NCBI GenBank assembly: GCA_050251945.1
Contig: JBFWLW010000002.1
Coordinates: forward strand, 256,001-320,000
Direction of reading: 5' to 3'
Length of the DNA: 64,000 nucleotides
From: Deferribacterales bacterium
GTDB taxonomy: Bacteria; Chrysiogenota; Deferribacteres; Deferribacterales; Geovibrionaceae
Part shown: positions 18,858-28,273 of the stretch, one piece after another
Layout: each line of letters starts with the position of its first letter
How positions within the stretch are numbered: position 1 is the stretch's first letter
Translations under genes and position numbers: made by a program
The notes under the pieces: generated by a model
Database searches by the model: none
Seen by the model: the letters and a program-made list of their open reading frames with translations, nothing else
What the model was told of the DNA's origin: nothing

Positions 18858-20025
18858 ATGTCTCCCATTTCTGACCGATAGTCACAAAACCGAAAACCCT
18901 CTCCTGCGGAGCAACGCAGAAGCCGCCGTTAAGCTGTCTGTAAAGGAACTCCCGTCCGTCGACAACCGCGATGACGGAAACATAATGTCCGGGGTTGAAA
19001 ACGCAGGGGATCCTTAATTTACCTTTTACCACATTATTTGTATTAGAAAAATGGAATTTTGCAGTGTCTGTATTAAAGGCGGTAACCAGCGTTCCTTCGG
19101 AAGTATACAAAGGTATGCCTACTATCAAATTTTTCGGCTCGAAATGCAGACGGAACGAGAAGCTGAAAACCATCTCCTCACCAAGCCTGTATTCCTCTTT
19201 ATCCCAGAAATGGGTGACGTCCGATATCTTTCCGTCGTTGTGATAGATGTCCCCGTAAAACGGTCGCACAGGTTCTGATTTACCTTCCGGTTTCTGGCTG
19301 GAAAGATACAGTTCTATCGCCTCGTCGGGACTGCCGTAAAAAATCGACTGCCCGTTCTGTATTACCATAACCTTGTCACAGAACATCTTTACGTCGTTCA
19401 TGGAGTGGGAAACGAATATAACAGACATCCGCTCCCGCATGGAATTTATCTTCGCAAGACACTTCTGGCGGAATACAAAATCACCCACCGCAAGTACCTC
19501 GTCAAGTATCAGTATGTCAGGCTCAACTGAAGTTGCTATACCGAACCCGAGACGGGACTTCATCCCGCTGCTGTATGTTTTAACAGGCTGGTTTATGTGA
19601 TCCTTCAGTTCTGCGAATCTGATTACCTCATCAGATTTCGCTTTGAGCATATCGCCGGAAAAACCGTTTATCTTCAGATTGAGAATTATGTTCTCCATAC
19701 CCGTAAGCTCAGGTTTCAAACCGGACGTGACCTCAAGTATAGCCGCCACCCGTCCGCGTTTATGTACAACACCGGAGGTGGGCTGGATAACCCCCGCAAT
19801 TATCTTAAGCAGGGTGGATTTGCCGTGACCGTTGCGCCCGATAATGCCTAGGGTTTCGCCGCGCTTTAATTCCAGCGAAACGTCTCTAAGCGCATGAAAT
19901 TCCCTGTGGCGCGGTCTGCCTGTCAAGCTGAAAACCTCCAGAACACGGTCGAAAGGTTTATCGTACAATCTGTATATCTTGTTGATGTTCTCAGCGCGGA
20001 CAACGGTAACTTTATTAGGCATCAA
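18850..20025 (-). CDS. wzt: Polysaccharide ABC exporter ATPase with C-terminal carbohydrate-binding extension
   Basis: GRNGHGKST, YSSGM..RL and LDEVLAVGD motifs; roughly 140-aa beta-rich C-terminal domain. Confidence 0.92.
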   Translation of the reverse strand: MMPNKVTVVRAENINKIYRLYDKPFDRVLEVFSLTGRPRHREFHALRDVSLELKRGETLGIIGRNGHGKSTLLKIIAGVIQPTSGVVHKRGRVAAILEVTSGLKPELTGMENIILNLKINGFSGDMLKAKSDEVIRFAELKDHINQPVKTYSSGMKSRLGFGIATSVEPDILILDEVLAVGDFVFRQKCLAKINSMRERMSVIFVSHSMNDVKMFCDKVMVIQNGQSIFYGSPDEAIELYLSSQKPEGKSEPVRPFYGDIYHNDGKISDVTHFWDKEEYRLGEEMVFSFSFRLHFEPKNLIVGIPLYTSEGTLVTAFNTDTAKFHFSNTNNVVKGKLRIPCVFNPGHYVSVIAVVDGREFLYRQLNGGFCVAPQERVFGFVTIGQKWETYE

Positions 20026-20834
20026 AGTACCTCCGCAAAATGGGGACGAAGTTTTTTGAAAACAACAACGCCAATGAGCAGAAAAACAAATGCAAAAACG
20101 ATAAAAAATGCCAGCGGACGCGGATATTCAAAAAACCATCTGTGATAGATAAACGTATTCCTATAACCTTCAACGATGTAAACCATCGGATTTATGTACA
20201 GAAAAATGCGGTATTTTTCGGGTACGGACGTCGCCTGCCAGAAGATTGGCGTAACCCAGAAACCTGTTTGCAGGACAACGCTGATCACCTGACTCATATC
20301 TTTCGTAAACACCCTTACAGCACCTGTAAACCAGCCAAGCCCGAGCGTTATTATGAAAATACAAAGCAGGTAGAACGGAAGCTGGAGCCAGTATATAGAC
20401 GGGTAATAACCCTTATAAACGGCTATTCCGGCTATTATCAGAAGAAAGATAAGATGCAGATAGAAAGAGGAGATTATCTTTACCAACGGCAGTATGCTCA
20501 CGCGGAAATCCACTTTTTTCACCAGATGTCTGTTGTTTACAACAGCGTTCATGCCGCCGGTAACACAGTCTGCAAAATACGCCCATGGCGCATAGCCGCT
20601 CACCAGATACAGAATAAACGGAACATGGTCGCTTCCGACACGTTTGAAACCCACAGAGAAAACAAGCCACATGGTCGAAACAAACAGCAGAGGGCGGAAA
20701 AGCGCCCAGAGCAGACCAAGGTATGACCCCAGATACTGCTGGCGGAAATCGTCCACTGAAAGCGCAAAAACGAGCGAGCGCTCTCTGTAGATGTTCATGA
20801 TGAATTCTAACGATCCTTTAATTATGCCGGACAA
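20022..20834 (-). CDS. wzm: Polysaccharide ABC exporter permease
   Basis: Y.GS.LG.LW...P, TPIFW, NPM...EGYR and FAEVL motifs. Confidence 0.92.
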   Translation of the reverse strand: MSGIIKGSLEFIMNIYRERSLVFALSVDDFRQQYLGSYLGLLWALFRPLLFVSTMWLVFSVGFKRVGSDHVPFILYLVSGYAPWAYFADCVTGGMNAVVNNRHLVKKVDFRVSILPLVKIISSFYLHLIFLLIIAGIAVYKGYYPSIYWLQLPFYLLCIFIITLGLGWFTGAVRVFTKDMSQVISVVLQTGFWVTPIFWQATSVPEKYRIFLYINPMVYIVEGYRNTFIYHRWFFEYPRPLAFFIVFAFVFLLIGVVVFKKLRPHFAEVL

Positions 20835-20845
20835 ATCTTTCTCCG

Positions 20846-21478
20846 TCAGCCTATGTATTCTTTTTCAAATGCAGTGTAATCGTCTATGTAATAATCGGAA
20901 AATGCCCGGAGGCGTTCTCCGTTGTATCCGCAGAATATGAGTCCGTTGTGCTTCGCGGCATCATAGTCAGCCCGCGAATCACCAATCATAGCAACCTGAT
21001 ATCTGTCGTAACCATTCTCTTTTATGATGTCGTGAACAACGTCGTTCTTTGGGGTGGGGGAACCGTAAATTGAAACGAAATACTGTGTCAGATCAAGACA
21101 TTTACAGATATAGCGCAATTCTTTCTGTTCCGTTCCGGACGCGATGTGCATAGGGATATGCATGTAATGGCGCTTTATAAAATCCAATGTATCCTGAATT
21201 ATATATTTTTTATCGGTAAGCTCCGCCAGCATCAGCTTTGAATACGTTTCCGCATATTCGTTTACAGTCTCTTCCGTAACGCTTCTGCCAAGGATGTTCT
21301 CAAACATATGACGGATTTTCACAAATCTTGATATGCCGCCGTTGTTTCTGTGGAACTCAAGAAGCCTGTCAACGGCAGTCTTATCAAAATCAGCGAAAAG
21401 AAGTTCAAATCCTTTATCTTTAACGGGCATTGAATCAAGCACAACACCGTCAAAATCGAAAATTATACTCTGTATCAT
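20846..21478 (-). CDS. HAD-family phosphatase
   Basis: FDFDGV, IASGT, GSP..K and MIGDS..D motifs. Confidence 0.9.
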   Translation of the reverse strand: MIQSIIFDFDGVVLDSMPVKDKGFELLFADFDKTAVDRLLEFHRNNGGISRFVKIRHMFENILGRSVTEETVNEYAETYSKLMLAELTDKKYIIQDTLDFIKRHYMHIPMHIASGTEQKELRYICKCLDLTQYFVSIYGSPTPKNDVVHDIIKENGYDRYQVAMIGDSRADYDAAKHNGLIFCGYNGERLRAFSDYYIDDYTAFEKEYIG

Positions 21479-22131
21479 TCAATTTCTCCCACAACGGTAC
21501 AGGGCAGTCCGTCAGTATCGTCCACCCTTAAAGGCAATATAATAAGCCTGCTTATCATATTCAGCTCTTCATAATCAAGTTTCATATCCTCTAGAAGTAT
21601 AAGAGGTTTATCAGGGTTCAGAAAAGCCTTATGCGCTTTTCTGCCCTCCGGTCTGTTCTGAAAAGAGGACACGGACAGTGTGTCCATCCCGAACAGCCTT
21701 ACGTTTTTGTATTTATTTCGTATATAATCAGCAACTGATTCGTGAAATCCGAAATTTTTATCTGCATTTTCCTCGTCAAACCTGTCAAATCCTGTGCGCA
21801 CTATAATACAGTCAAACCCTCGGTCTTCGATGTTATCAAATTTATCAGCGAGTTCTTTACCGATAACATAGTCTGCCGGCTCAACATCAACAAACAGAGG
21901 ATCTGAAAAAAACCAGAAATCGGCATCAAACGCGGAAATATCCTGACCGTCTGCAAAAAAATGCAGCGGCATGTCGAGATGCGTTCCTGTATGCACACTC
22001 ATGCTCAAACGGGTATTGTTCGCGGCATCTCCCTTTGACATATCGGAGATACGGTCGAGTTCCACCTGTTTTTTCCCGCCGTAAGCGGGAGTTTCTGCAT
22101 TTATAGTGTGCGAAAGGAATATCCGTTTAAT
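21475..22131 (-). CDS. Cyclase-family (kynurenine formamidase-like) metal hydrolase; proposed ATT start at 22131
   Basis: HTGTHLD.P.HF, VRTG, GMDTLS and DGLPC motifs. The family N-terminal motif LSH......P.Y.G lies upstream of the ORF-track GTG at 22065. Confidence 0.8.
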   Translation of the reverse strand: MKRIFLSHTINAETPAYGGKKQVELDRISDMSKGDAANNTRLSMSVHTGTHLDMPLHFFADGQDISAFDADFWFFSDPLFVDVEPADYVIGKELADKFDNIEDRGFDCIIVRTGFDRFDEENADKNFGFHESVADYIRNKYKNVRLFGMDTLSVSSFQNRPEGRKAHKAFLNPDKPLILLEDMKLDYEELNMISRLIILPLRVDDTDGLPCTVVGEIE

Positions 22132-23029
22132 CGCCGTTCTCCTTGCGGTTTATCTCTCTGTCGTGTATCTCGCGGATACAGTCAAGAATCCCCTGCCCCA
22201 TATCAATGAAGGGGTTCGGCACCAGCTTTTTGCATACGCTTGGGTGGAACGAATACGGGGTGAGTTTATAATGGTGGTCGTTCACCTCTTTGTTGAGGAT
22301 TATCTCAACGTCGTTACCCAGAATCTCCTTTATCATGGTAAAAAGATCAACCCTTGGCATCCGTTCGATACCCGTAAGGATTATGTGACCGTTTGAAAAC
22401 CTGCTGTCCTCAATTATATCGACAGACATTGACGCTGCGTCCTGTGCGTGGATATACTCCCGCACCTCCTGCCCGTCCCTGTCGTGGACTATCTTTTTCT
22501 CGGTTATTGCGCTTTTCAGCACGGAATACAGGTAATTGTTTCCATATGCACGCTCTCCATATACCGAACCGTAACGGATGATAGTGAATTCCAGCCCGAA
22601 CGCCCTGTAATACTCCTCTGTGAGTTTTTCCGACGCCAGTTTGCTCACTCCGTAGAAAGAGCCTCTGTCACTAAGCGCGTATGCACTTGATGCGTAAATG
22701 TATCTTTTAATATTTTTATTTTTGCACCCCTCGAGGATATTGAGGTTGCCTACAATATTGGTCTCTATGGTCTCAACAGGCATGGTCACCGCCATGTCAA
22801 GATTCGCCATCCCTGCGAAGTTATAAACATAAGAAACCTCAGGAGTAATAAGCCTGCTTACCAGTTCCCTGTTCATTATGTTACATTCAACAAAATCGCA
22901 TCCGTCCGGCAGATATTCGCTCTTTCTCAGGTCTGCCGCAGTGACACGGTATCCGCGTTTCAACAGCTCCTCGACAACGTAGCATCCGAGAAATCCGGCT
23001 CCGCCGAAAACAACGACCCTCTCATTCAT
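22127..23029 (-). CDS. NAD-dependent epimerase/dehydratase (extended SDR)
   Basis: GGAGFLG, ASS, YGVSK, RYGSVYG and REYIH..D motifs. Confidence 0.88.
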   Translation of the reverse strand: MNERVVVFGGAGFLGCYVVEELLKRGYRVTAADLRKSEYLPDGCDFVECNIMNRELVSRLITPEVSYVYNFAGMANLDMAVTMPVETIETNIVGNLNILEGCKNKNIKRYIYASSAYALSDRGSFYGVSKLASEKLTEEYYRAFGLEFTIIRYGSVYGERAYGNNYLYSVLKSAITEKKIVHDRDGQEVREYIHAQDAASMSVDIIEDSRFSNGHIILTGIERMPRVDLFTMIKEILGNDVEIILNKEVNDHHYKLTPYSFHPSVCKKLVPNPFIDMGQGILDCIREIHDREINRKENGD

Positions 23030-23975
23030 TTGAAAAGACCTCATTTTTAAGGTTTTTACCCGTCAGAAAGCGCACCGCCTCCTCAACGGACTGAACCTCC
23101 ATATCTGTGCGGCTGGCAGTTGTCGCCGCGCCCATGTGGCATGTGAAGAGCATGTTATCAAGCTCCAGCAGCTTGCCTTTGTAGGGTTCGTCAACGAAAA
23201 CGTCAGCCGCTGAACCGGCTATCACGCCGTTTTTCAGAGCGTCGTAAAGGTCGTCTTCGTTAACTATGCCGCCGCGAGCCGTATTGATTAGAAAAGCGTG
23301 TTTCTGCATCATGTTAAGCTCTTTAGCGGTGATAAAGTCTCTTGTATCCTTTTTCAGCGGCAGGTTGATGCTCACAATGTCGCTGTTTTTAAGAACGGTC
23401 TCTTTATCGGTATAGGTTATGCGCTCGTTGCGCCCGAAGATGATATCGGGGTTTGTATCGTGCGCCAGAATGTTTACGTTGAAACCTGAAAGCATGTGCG
23501 CAAGGCTCTTCCCGATGCGACCCATGCCGAATATGCCTATAGTCCGGCTATGAAGAAGAAGCCCCATGTGCCTTGCCCATCCGCCGTTTCGCATCAGCTT
23601 GTCGCTGGATGTTATCCTGCGGGCAAGGTCAAGCATCATTCCGATGCAGAGTTCCGCAACCGCAGTTGTGGGTGCTTCGGGGGTATAAGCCACGCGCACG
23701 CCGTATTTTCTGCAGAGTTCAAAATCCACGCCGTCAAGCCCCACACCGACGCGTGAGATAAGCTTGAGGTTGTGTGCTTTTTTAAACACTTCTTCCGTTA
23801 TGTTCTCGGTTCCCGCGACAAGAACGGTGGCATCCTTGATATCCTCGGCAAGTTCCGCAGAAGTCAGTTTACGACCCCTTCCGTTTTCGCGGTACTCTAT
23901 GCCGTTCTCCTCCAGAAGCTGTCGGGGAACAGGCGAAGTTCCGAAGAACGGGTGTGTCGATATGAATACCTTCAT
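23022..23975 (-). CDS. D-2-hydroxyacid dehydrogenase (SerA-like, no ACT domain)
   Basis: ISRVGVGLD, GMGRIG, INTARG, DVF..EP and HMGA motifs. Confidence 0.88.
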   Translation of the reverse strand: MKVFISTHPFFGTSPVPRQLLEENGIEYRENGRGRKLTSAELAEDIKDATVLVAGTENITEEVFKKAHNLKLISRVGVGLDGVDFELCRKYGVRVAYTPEAPTTAVAELCIGMMLDLARRITSSDKLMRNGGWARHMGLLLHSRTIGIFGMGRIGKSLAHMLSGFNVNILAHDTNPDIIFGRNERITYTDKETVLKNSDIVSINLPLKKDTRDFITAKELNMMQKHAFLINTARGGIVNEDDLYDALKNGVIAGSAADVFVDEPYKGKLLELDNMLFTCHMGAATTASRTDMEVQSVEEAVRFLTGKNLKNEVFSNE

Positions 23976-24727
23976 GCCTTGTGCCTGCTCATCTCTTCTC
24001 TTGCTTTCTGACCGAGGAAAAGGAAGTCAAGGCTGAACGCAAGGAAGGAATATCCGAGATCTATCTTCTCTTTCAGTTTTTCATATTCCGGCTGGATCAC
24101 ATGGAATCCCAGAGGAAAGTTAGCCGCCTTACAAGCTTTTTCAACGGCTATAAGCGCCTCTTTAACTTCTGGTCGGTCGTACTCGCCCGGCACGTTCATA
24201 GAACCTGAAAGATCATAAGGACCTATGATAATTCCGTCTATACCGGGGGTGGTTATGATATCGTTTATGTTGCGCACAGAGTCTATATGCTCAACCTGTG
24301 CAATGATAACTGATTCGTCTTTAAGCCATTCCTTATATTCGTCGAAACCGGTGCCGTATTTCTGCGCGCGTGCCAGTCCGACGCCGCGTTTGCCGATGGG
24401 CGGATATTTTGTAAACCGCACTGCCTGTTCTGCGTCCTCGCGGCTGTTCACCATGGGAACGATGATACCGTCGGCTCCGGCATCCATTACACGTTTAATA
24501 ACAACCTCTTCGTTTTTGCCCACGCGGACAAGGGCTTTCATGCCAGCCGCCTGAATGTGCCCGATGAGGTTCTGCGCAGCCGCAAGCTCTATTACGCTGT
24601 GTTCAAGGTCGATTGTGAGCCACTCGAACCCCGCTGTCGCCATTATCTCAATGACGGACTGGTGACCTATCGTCACCCATGAACCTATTGTGAGTTCGTT
24701 GTTTTTCAGCTTCTGTTTAAGAGACAT
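23972..24727 (-). CDS. HpcH/HpaI-family class II pyruvate aldolase
   Basis: IDLEHS, LVRV, GIIVPMV, YPP.G.RG, AQVE and IGPYDLS motifs. Confidence 0.92.
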   Translation of the reverse strand: MSLKQKLKNNELTIGSWVTIGHQSVIEIMATAGFEWLTIDLEHSVIELAAAQNLIGHIQAAGMKALVRVGKNEEVVIKRVMDAGADGIIVPMVNSREDAEQAVRFTKYPPIGKRGVGLARAQKYGTGFDEYKEWLKDESVIIAQVEHIDSVRNINDIITTPGIDGIIIGPYDLSGSMNVPGEYDRPEVKEALIAVEKACKAANFPLGFHVIQPEYEKLKEKIDLGYSFLAFSLDFLFLGQKAREEMSRHKA

Positions 24728-25799
24728 TTTCTACTCCGTTGTATCTTTTCGAGATACTTAGCAGGTATGACCCGTTAAGTGATATGTATTTTCTGCCCTG
24801 TGCCTCGCCGTATGCAAAGAGGGCTTCCATCTGTTCATCATGTCCGTTCTGATATTGTACATAATTTCTGTCGCGGAAAAAAGAGGGATGTGCATCAACA
24901 ACCTTTTGCATCAGCCCCTCATACTGGACAAGACTGTTGTGTTTCCAGAACATTTTGTCTCCGGAGCTTCTGCCGTTCGCTCCGAGAATATATATTTCAT
25001 CCGCAAGTGCGGATGCCGCAGGGAGCATCAGATAGGTTAGAATATTGTCGGTGACATGAACGGAAATATCTTCTGCGGAGGGGAAATTAAGCCCTTCGTT
25101 TCTTCCGACACCTATGATTTTATCCGAAATCCGCGGATAATGCGCCAGCATCAGAGCGACCATGTTTTCCGGCATCATAATATAAACGCCGTATTTCTCC
25201 GCCGTTTTAAGCACGTCGCGCCGGAATGTTTCGGAATATTCGTTCCAGCTGAAATGGTAAACAGGGTCGGCGAAACAGAGGATGTCGGGCTTTGCCCATT
25301 CGAGAAATTCGTCGTTTTTCACCACGCTGTTGCATATCACTTTTATCATGCCCAGCGTTTCCGGGTGTTTGTCATAGTCCGAGAATGACGCGCCAGTGAG
25401 GAAACAGCACGCCTTTTCTTTATCTTTAAGCTTCTCAGCCATTGCCGCGAAATTCTTTTGAGATAATTCTGAAAAATCTTTTCCTGAATGAGCACCGTAA
25501 AGATAACTCCAAGCGGTGCAGCTTTCCGTTGAATAGAAATTTTCATCCACAACGGCGCATTTGTGAAGCCTGAAAAGGTTTAAAAATATGAGCCGCCAGT
25601 CGGTTATGAGGTACAGATCGGCTTTGCCTTGCACGATTTCAAAAAAATCAGGCAGATACCAGCCGACCTTCTTCTGAAAGTCAGCATCTCTGCCGCCGAT
25701 AACACCTATTCTGCGAACGTTTACCGGTGTGCCGAAAAAGAGCTTGCAAAGTTTGCGGAACAGTCTGAAAACAAACCAGACCGCACGGCGAAAATTCAT
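24717..25799 (-). CDS. Second DUF115/Maf-like putative glycosyltransferase (divergent)
   Basis: LTGASF, ICNS, FADP and EIYILGANG correspond to the GNGPS / N / D / IYLxGxD motifs of the gene at 15482. Confidence 0.55.
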   Translation of the reverse strand: MNFRRAVWFVFRLFRKLCKLFFGTPVNVRRIGVIGGRDADFQKKVGWYLPDFFEIVQGKADLYLITDWRLIFLNLFRLHKCAVVDENFYSTESCTAWSYLYGAHSGKDFSELSQKNFAAMAEKLKDKEKACCFLTGASFSDYDKHPETLGMIKVICNSVVKNDEFLEWAKPDILCFADPVYHFSWNEYSETFRRDVLKTAEKYGVYIMMPENMVALMLAHYPRISDKIIGVGRNEGLNFPSAEDISVHVTDNILTYLMLPAASALADEIYILGANGRSSGDKMFWKHNSLVQYEGLMQKVVDAHPSFFRDRNYVQYQNGHDEQMEALFAYGEAQGRKYISLNGSYLLSISKRYNGVENVS

Positions 25800-26467
25800 C
25801 CGTTCTTCCTTTTGATGTAAAGGAGTTCGGCCAGTTCAAAATCCTCCGGCTCGTCTATGTCCACAGCTTCCAGCTTGTTCATCTCGCTCATGGCGGGTTT
25901 AAGTCCTATTCGCTTGTTGCCTGCCGCCGCGAATGACGCTTTGCTGAAAACAAAAAAGTTGCTGTTCTCTTCGTAAACAGGCGGGAGATCCTGCGTGCGC
26001 AGAAGCTCAGCGGGGTTATGATTAACAGGGCTTCCGTCCGCCCAGTAAAGGCGCGTCTGGAGTCTTGTTACGGAAAAAACGGAATCGTATTTACCAAGGT
26101 TTGCGAAATATTCTTCTATCGCCCTGTCGATGGTCTCCGGTTTCACCAGCGGGTTTGTGCTGTGGGTCTGCAAAAAGTGTTCACCCTCCAGTTTCGACAG
26201 GTCATATCCGATGATGTCGTTCATAGCGACGAAATCCCCCTGAATCTCCACGGGTCTGTCTATTATCTGAACGCGGTCGAAATTTTTCAGCGCATCGTTC
26301 TTTATTATCCCGCTGTCAGTGTTTATGACAACCCTGTCTATATTTCTGCACTGCAAAAGCACGCTCATCACCGCATGGTAAAGCGGCTTTCCTGCGAAAT
26401 CGCGCATGTTCTTATTTTTAACCCTTTCGGAATTGCCCTTCATGGGCAGCAGTGCAGTCACCTTCAT
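25796..26467 (-). CDS. Acylneuraminate (NeuA-type) cytidylyltransferase
   Basis: LPMKG.SERV.NKN, NTDS, TNPL, RTQDLP..YEEN and DIDEPEDF motifs; start at ATG 26467. Confidence 0.9.
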   Translation of the reverse strand: MKVTALLPMKGNSERVKNKNMRDFAGKPLYHAVMSVLLQCRNIDRVVINTDSGIIKNDALKNFDRVQIIDRPVEIQGDFVAMNDIIGYDLSKLEGEHFLQTHSTNPLVKPETIDRAIEEYFANLGKYDSVFSVTRLQTRLYWADGSPVNHNPAELLRTQDLPPVYEENSNFFVFSKASFAAAGNKRIGLKPAMSEMNKLEAVDIDEPEDFELAELLYIKRKNG

Positions 26468-26585
26468 TTTGTCACCCGCATTAAATGTTTTAATGTGTAA
26501 TAATCCCCCTTTTATGGAACTGCAACAGATTTTTATTGATATTTGCCATAAACAGGCGGAATATACCGTTTCTGTGAGGTGCAAA

Positions 26586-27098
26586 ATGGCGATAATCACT
26601 GTTCTTGATGAATTGATAAAGAATTGTCCCGACGAAACCATAAAAAAATATCTGCTGACTCTCAAAGACGAAAACTCCGAAACTGTACGCAGGATAAAGG
26701 CTTTTAAGCCTGCCACGTTTGCAAGGTTTCAGATAACCGACGATATATTCGCCATAGAACAATCCTTTGAGACCAAAGACAGAAACCTTTGTTTCTTCGA
26801 GTCCCACAGAAGCTGCGTAGACATACAGATAATGCTTGGCGGCTGTGAGCAGATGGAGCTTTGCCGCATAGAAAAGCTGGAAACAGACGTTCCTTACAAC
26901 GATGAAAAAGACCTTATAAAATATAAAATATCAGACAGGGCATCAAAGCTTGCATTTGAAAAATATGACTGCGCGGTTTATTTCCCCGAAGACGCACACC
27001 TTTGCGTGGCAAAGCTCAATGAAACGTCCACAGTTTATAAAACTGTCTTAAAGGTGCCTGTGAGTTATAAAGATTTCTTCGCCGCTATCGTTTCATAG
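26586..27098 (+). CDS. YhcH/YjgK/YiaL (NanQ-like) family protein
   Basis: FESHR..VDIQ....G.E, YFPEDAH and K.V.KVP motifs; start at ATG 26586 behind GAGGTG. Confidence 0.85.
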   Translation: MAIITVLDELIKNCPDETIKKYLLTLKDENSETVRRIKAFKPATFARFQITDDIFAIEQSFETKDRNLCFFESHRSCVDIQIMLGGCEQMELCRIEKLETDVPYNDEKDLIKYKISDRASKLAFEKYDCAVYFPEDAHLCVAKLNETSTVYKTVLKVPVSYKDFFAAIVS

Positions 27099-28144
27099 AA
27101 AGCTTTCGTTTCGGCGAAGCACCTGTCCCATGAGAACTTTGCGGAATGAGCAAACCCTTTTTCAATAAGCTCCATACGTCTATGTACAATACTGTCCATC
27201 GCCAAGGCAAAACCTTCAGGCGTCATATCACGGACGAGTATCCCCGCGCCGCCCGCCGCTTCCGGCAGTGAAGAACAGTCCGATGCGACAACAGGGCATC
27301 CGCACCGCATAGCCTCAAGAACGGGAAGTCCGAAACCTTCATAAAGTGAAGGATACAGCAGGCAGTCCGCCGCGGAAAAAATGTCTTTTATCTGTTCGTT
27401 GGTCATATATCCGAAGATCCTGTATCTGCCTTTAAGCTCTTGATCAAGAAGCGTCTGCTCGTCGTGCGTGACCTGTTTCCCCCCCAGAACAAGAAGAAAA
27501 TGCCCGCTCAACGCACACGCCATGACGGCAGTATCAAAATTCTTATATCCGCTCCGCTCGCCCACAAACACTGCGTATCTGTCGGATTTCAGTCCGAAAC
27601 CTGCAAATATCTCATCGCGGCTTTTTTCGGACGGTCTGAAATCATCACCGACACCGTTGTGTATGACCGTCACTTTTTCGTGGTCGGTCTCCGGAAAGAA
27701 GCGCAGAAGGTCTTTTTTCGTATTCTCCGATATGCAGATAACACCGTCCGCACGCCGTACCGCAGCGCGCTTCTGAGCGGTATGCACAACCCGTTTCAGC
27801 CCATGCACATAAAGTTCATATGTGAAATCATGCACGGTAACTATTTTTGCAGCCGAAACGTCCGTGCAGTCCCTGTAATAGCTTGAATGGAATACCGAAC
27901 CTCTTCCGAGCCGCACGCGGACAGGCAGATATCTGCTTATTTTAACGCGGATTCCGCTGTCGTTTATGATATTTTTCATATCAAGCGTTTCGCGGAATTT
28001 ATTTTCACACGGAAATTTCGGCTCAATGAAGGTAATTCGGCAGCCGGCATCTTTTAAAAAACGTGAGGCAAGTTCCTGCCAATAACGGGATATGCCGCCG
28101 GAGCGCTGGAGCCAGAAAACAATATTGTCGTAGAATATGTTCAT
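27065..28144 (-). CDS. Glycosyltransferase family 4
   Basis: GGISRY, TVHD, YKNF, PSLYEGFGLPVLEAM and SSLPE motifs. Confidence 0.9.
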   Translation of the reverse strand: MNIFYDNIVFWLQRSGGISRYWQELASRFLKDAGCRITFIEPKFPCENKFRETLDMKNIINDSGIRVKISRYLPVRVRLGRGSVFHSSYYRDCTDVSAAKIVTVHDFTYELYVHGLKRVVHTAQKRAAVRRADGVICISENTKKDLLRFFPETDHEKVTVIHNGVGDDFRPSEKSRDEIFAGFGLKSDRYAVFVGERSGYKNFDTAVMACALSGHFLLVLGGKQVTHDEQTLLDQELKGRYRIFGYMTNEQIKDIFSAADCLLYPSLYEGFGLPVLEAMRCGCPVVASDCSSLPEAAGGAGILVRDMTPEGFALAMDSIVHRRMELIEKGFAHSAKFSWDRCFAETKAFYETIAAKKSL

Positions 28145-28273
28145 ACAGGATATTAACATATCCTCACGAAACAGTTAAGATTTTTGTAACGACGCGGATG
28201 CCCTTTAAATGAAATTGACATGCAGGTCCGTTTCGTTTAAATATATCGGATTACACTTTAATCAGGTATCTGA

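Noticed and set aside
25796..27098. Large head-to-head overlap of two ORFs as given in the track
   Set aside because: Artefact of upstream start choice; with ATG 26467 and ATG 26586 the genes are simply divergent
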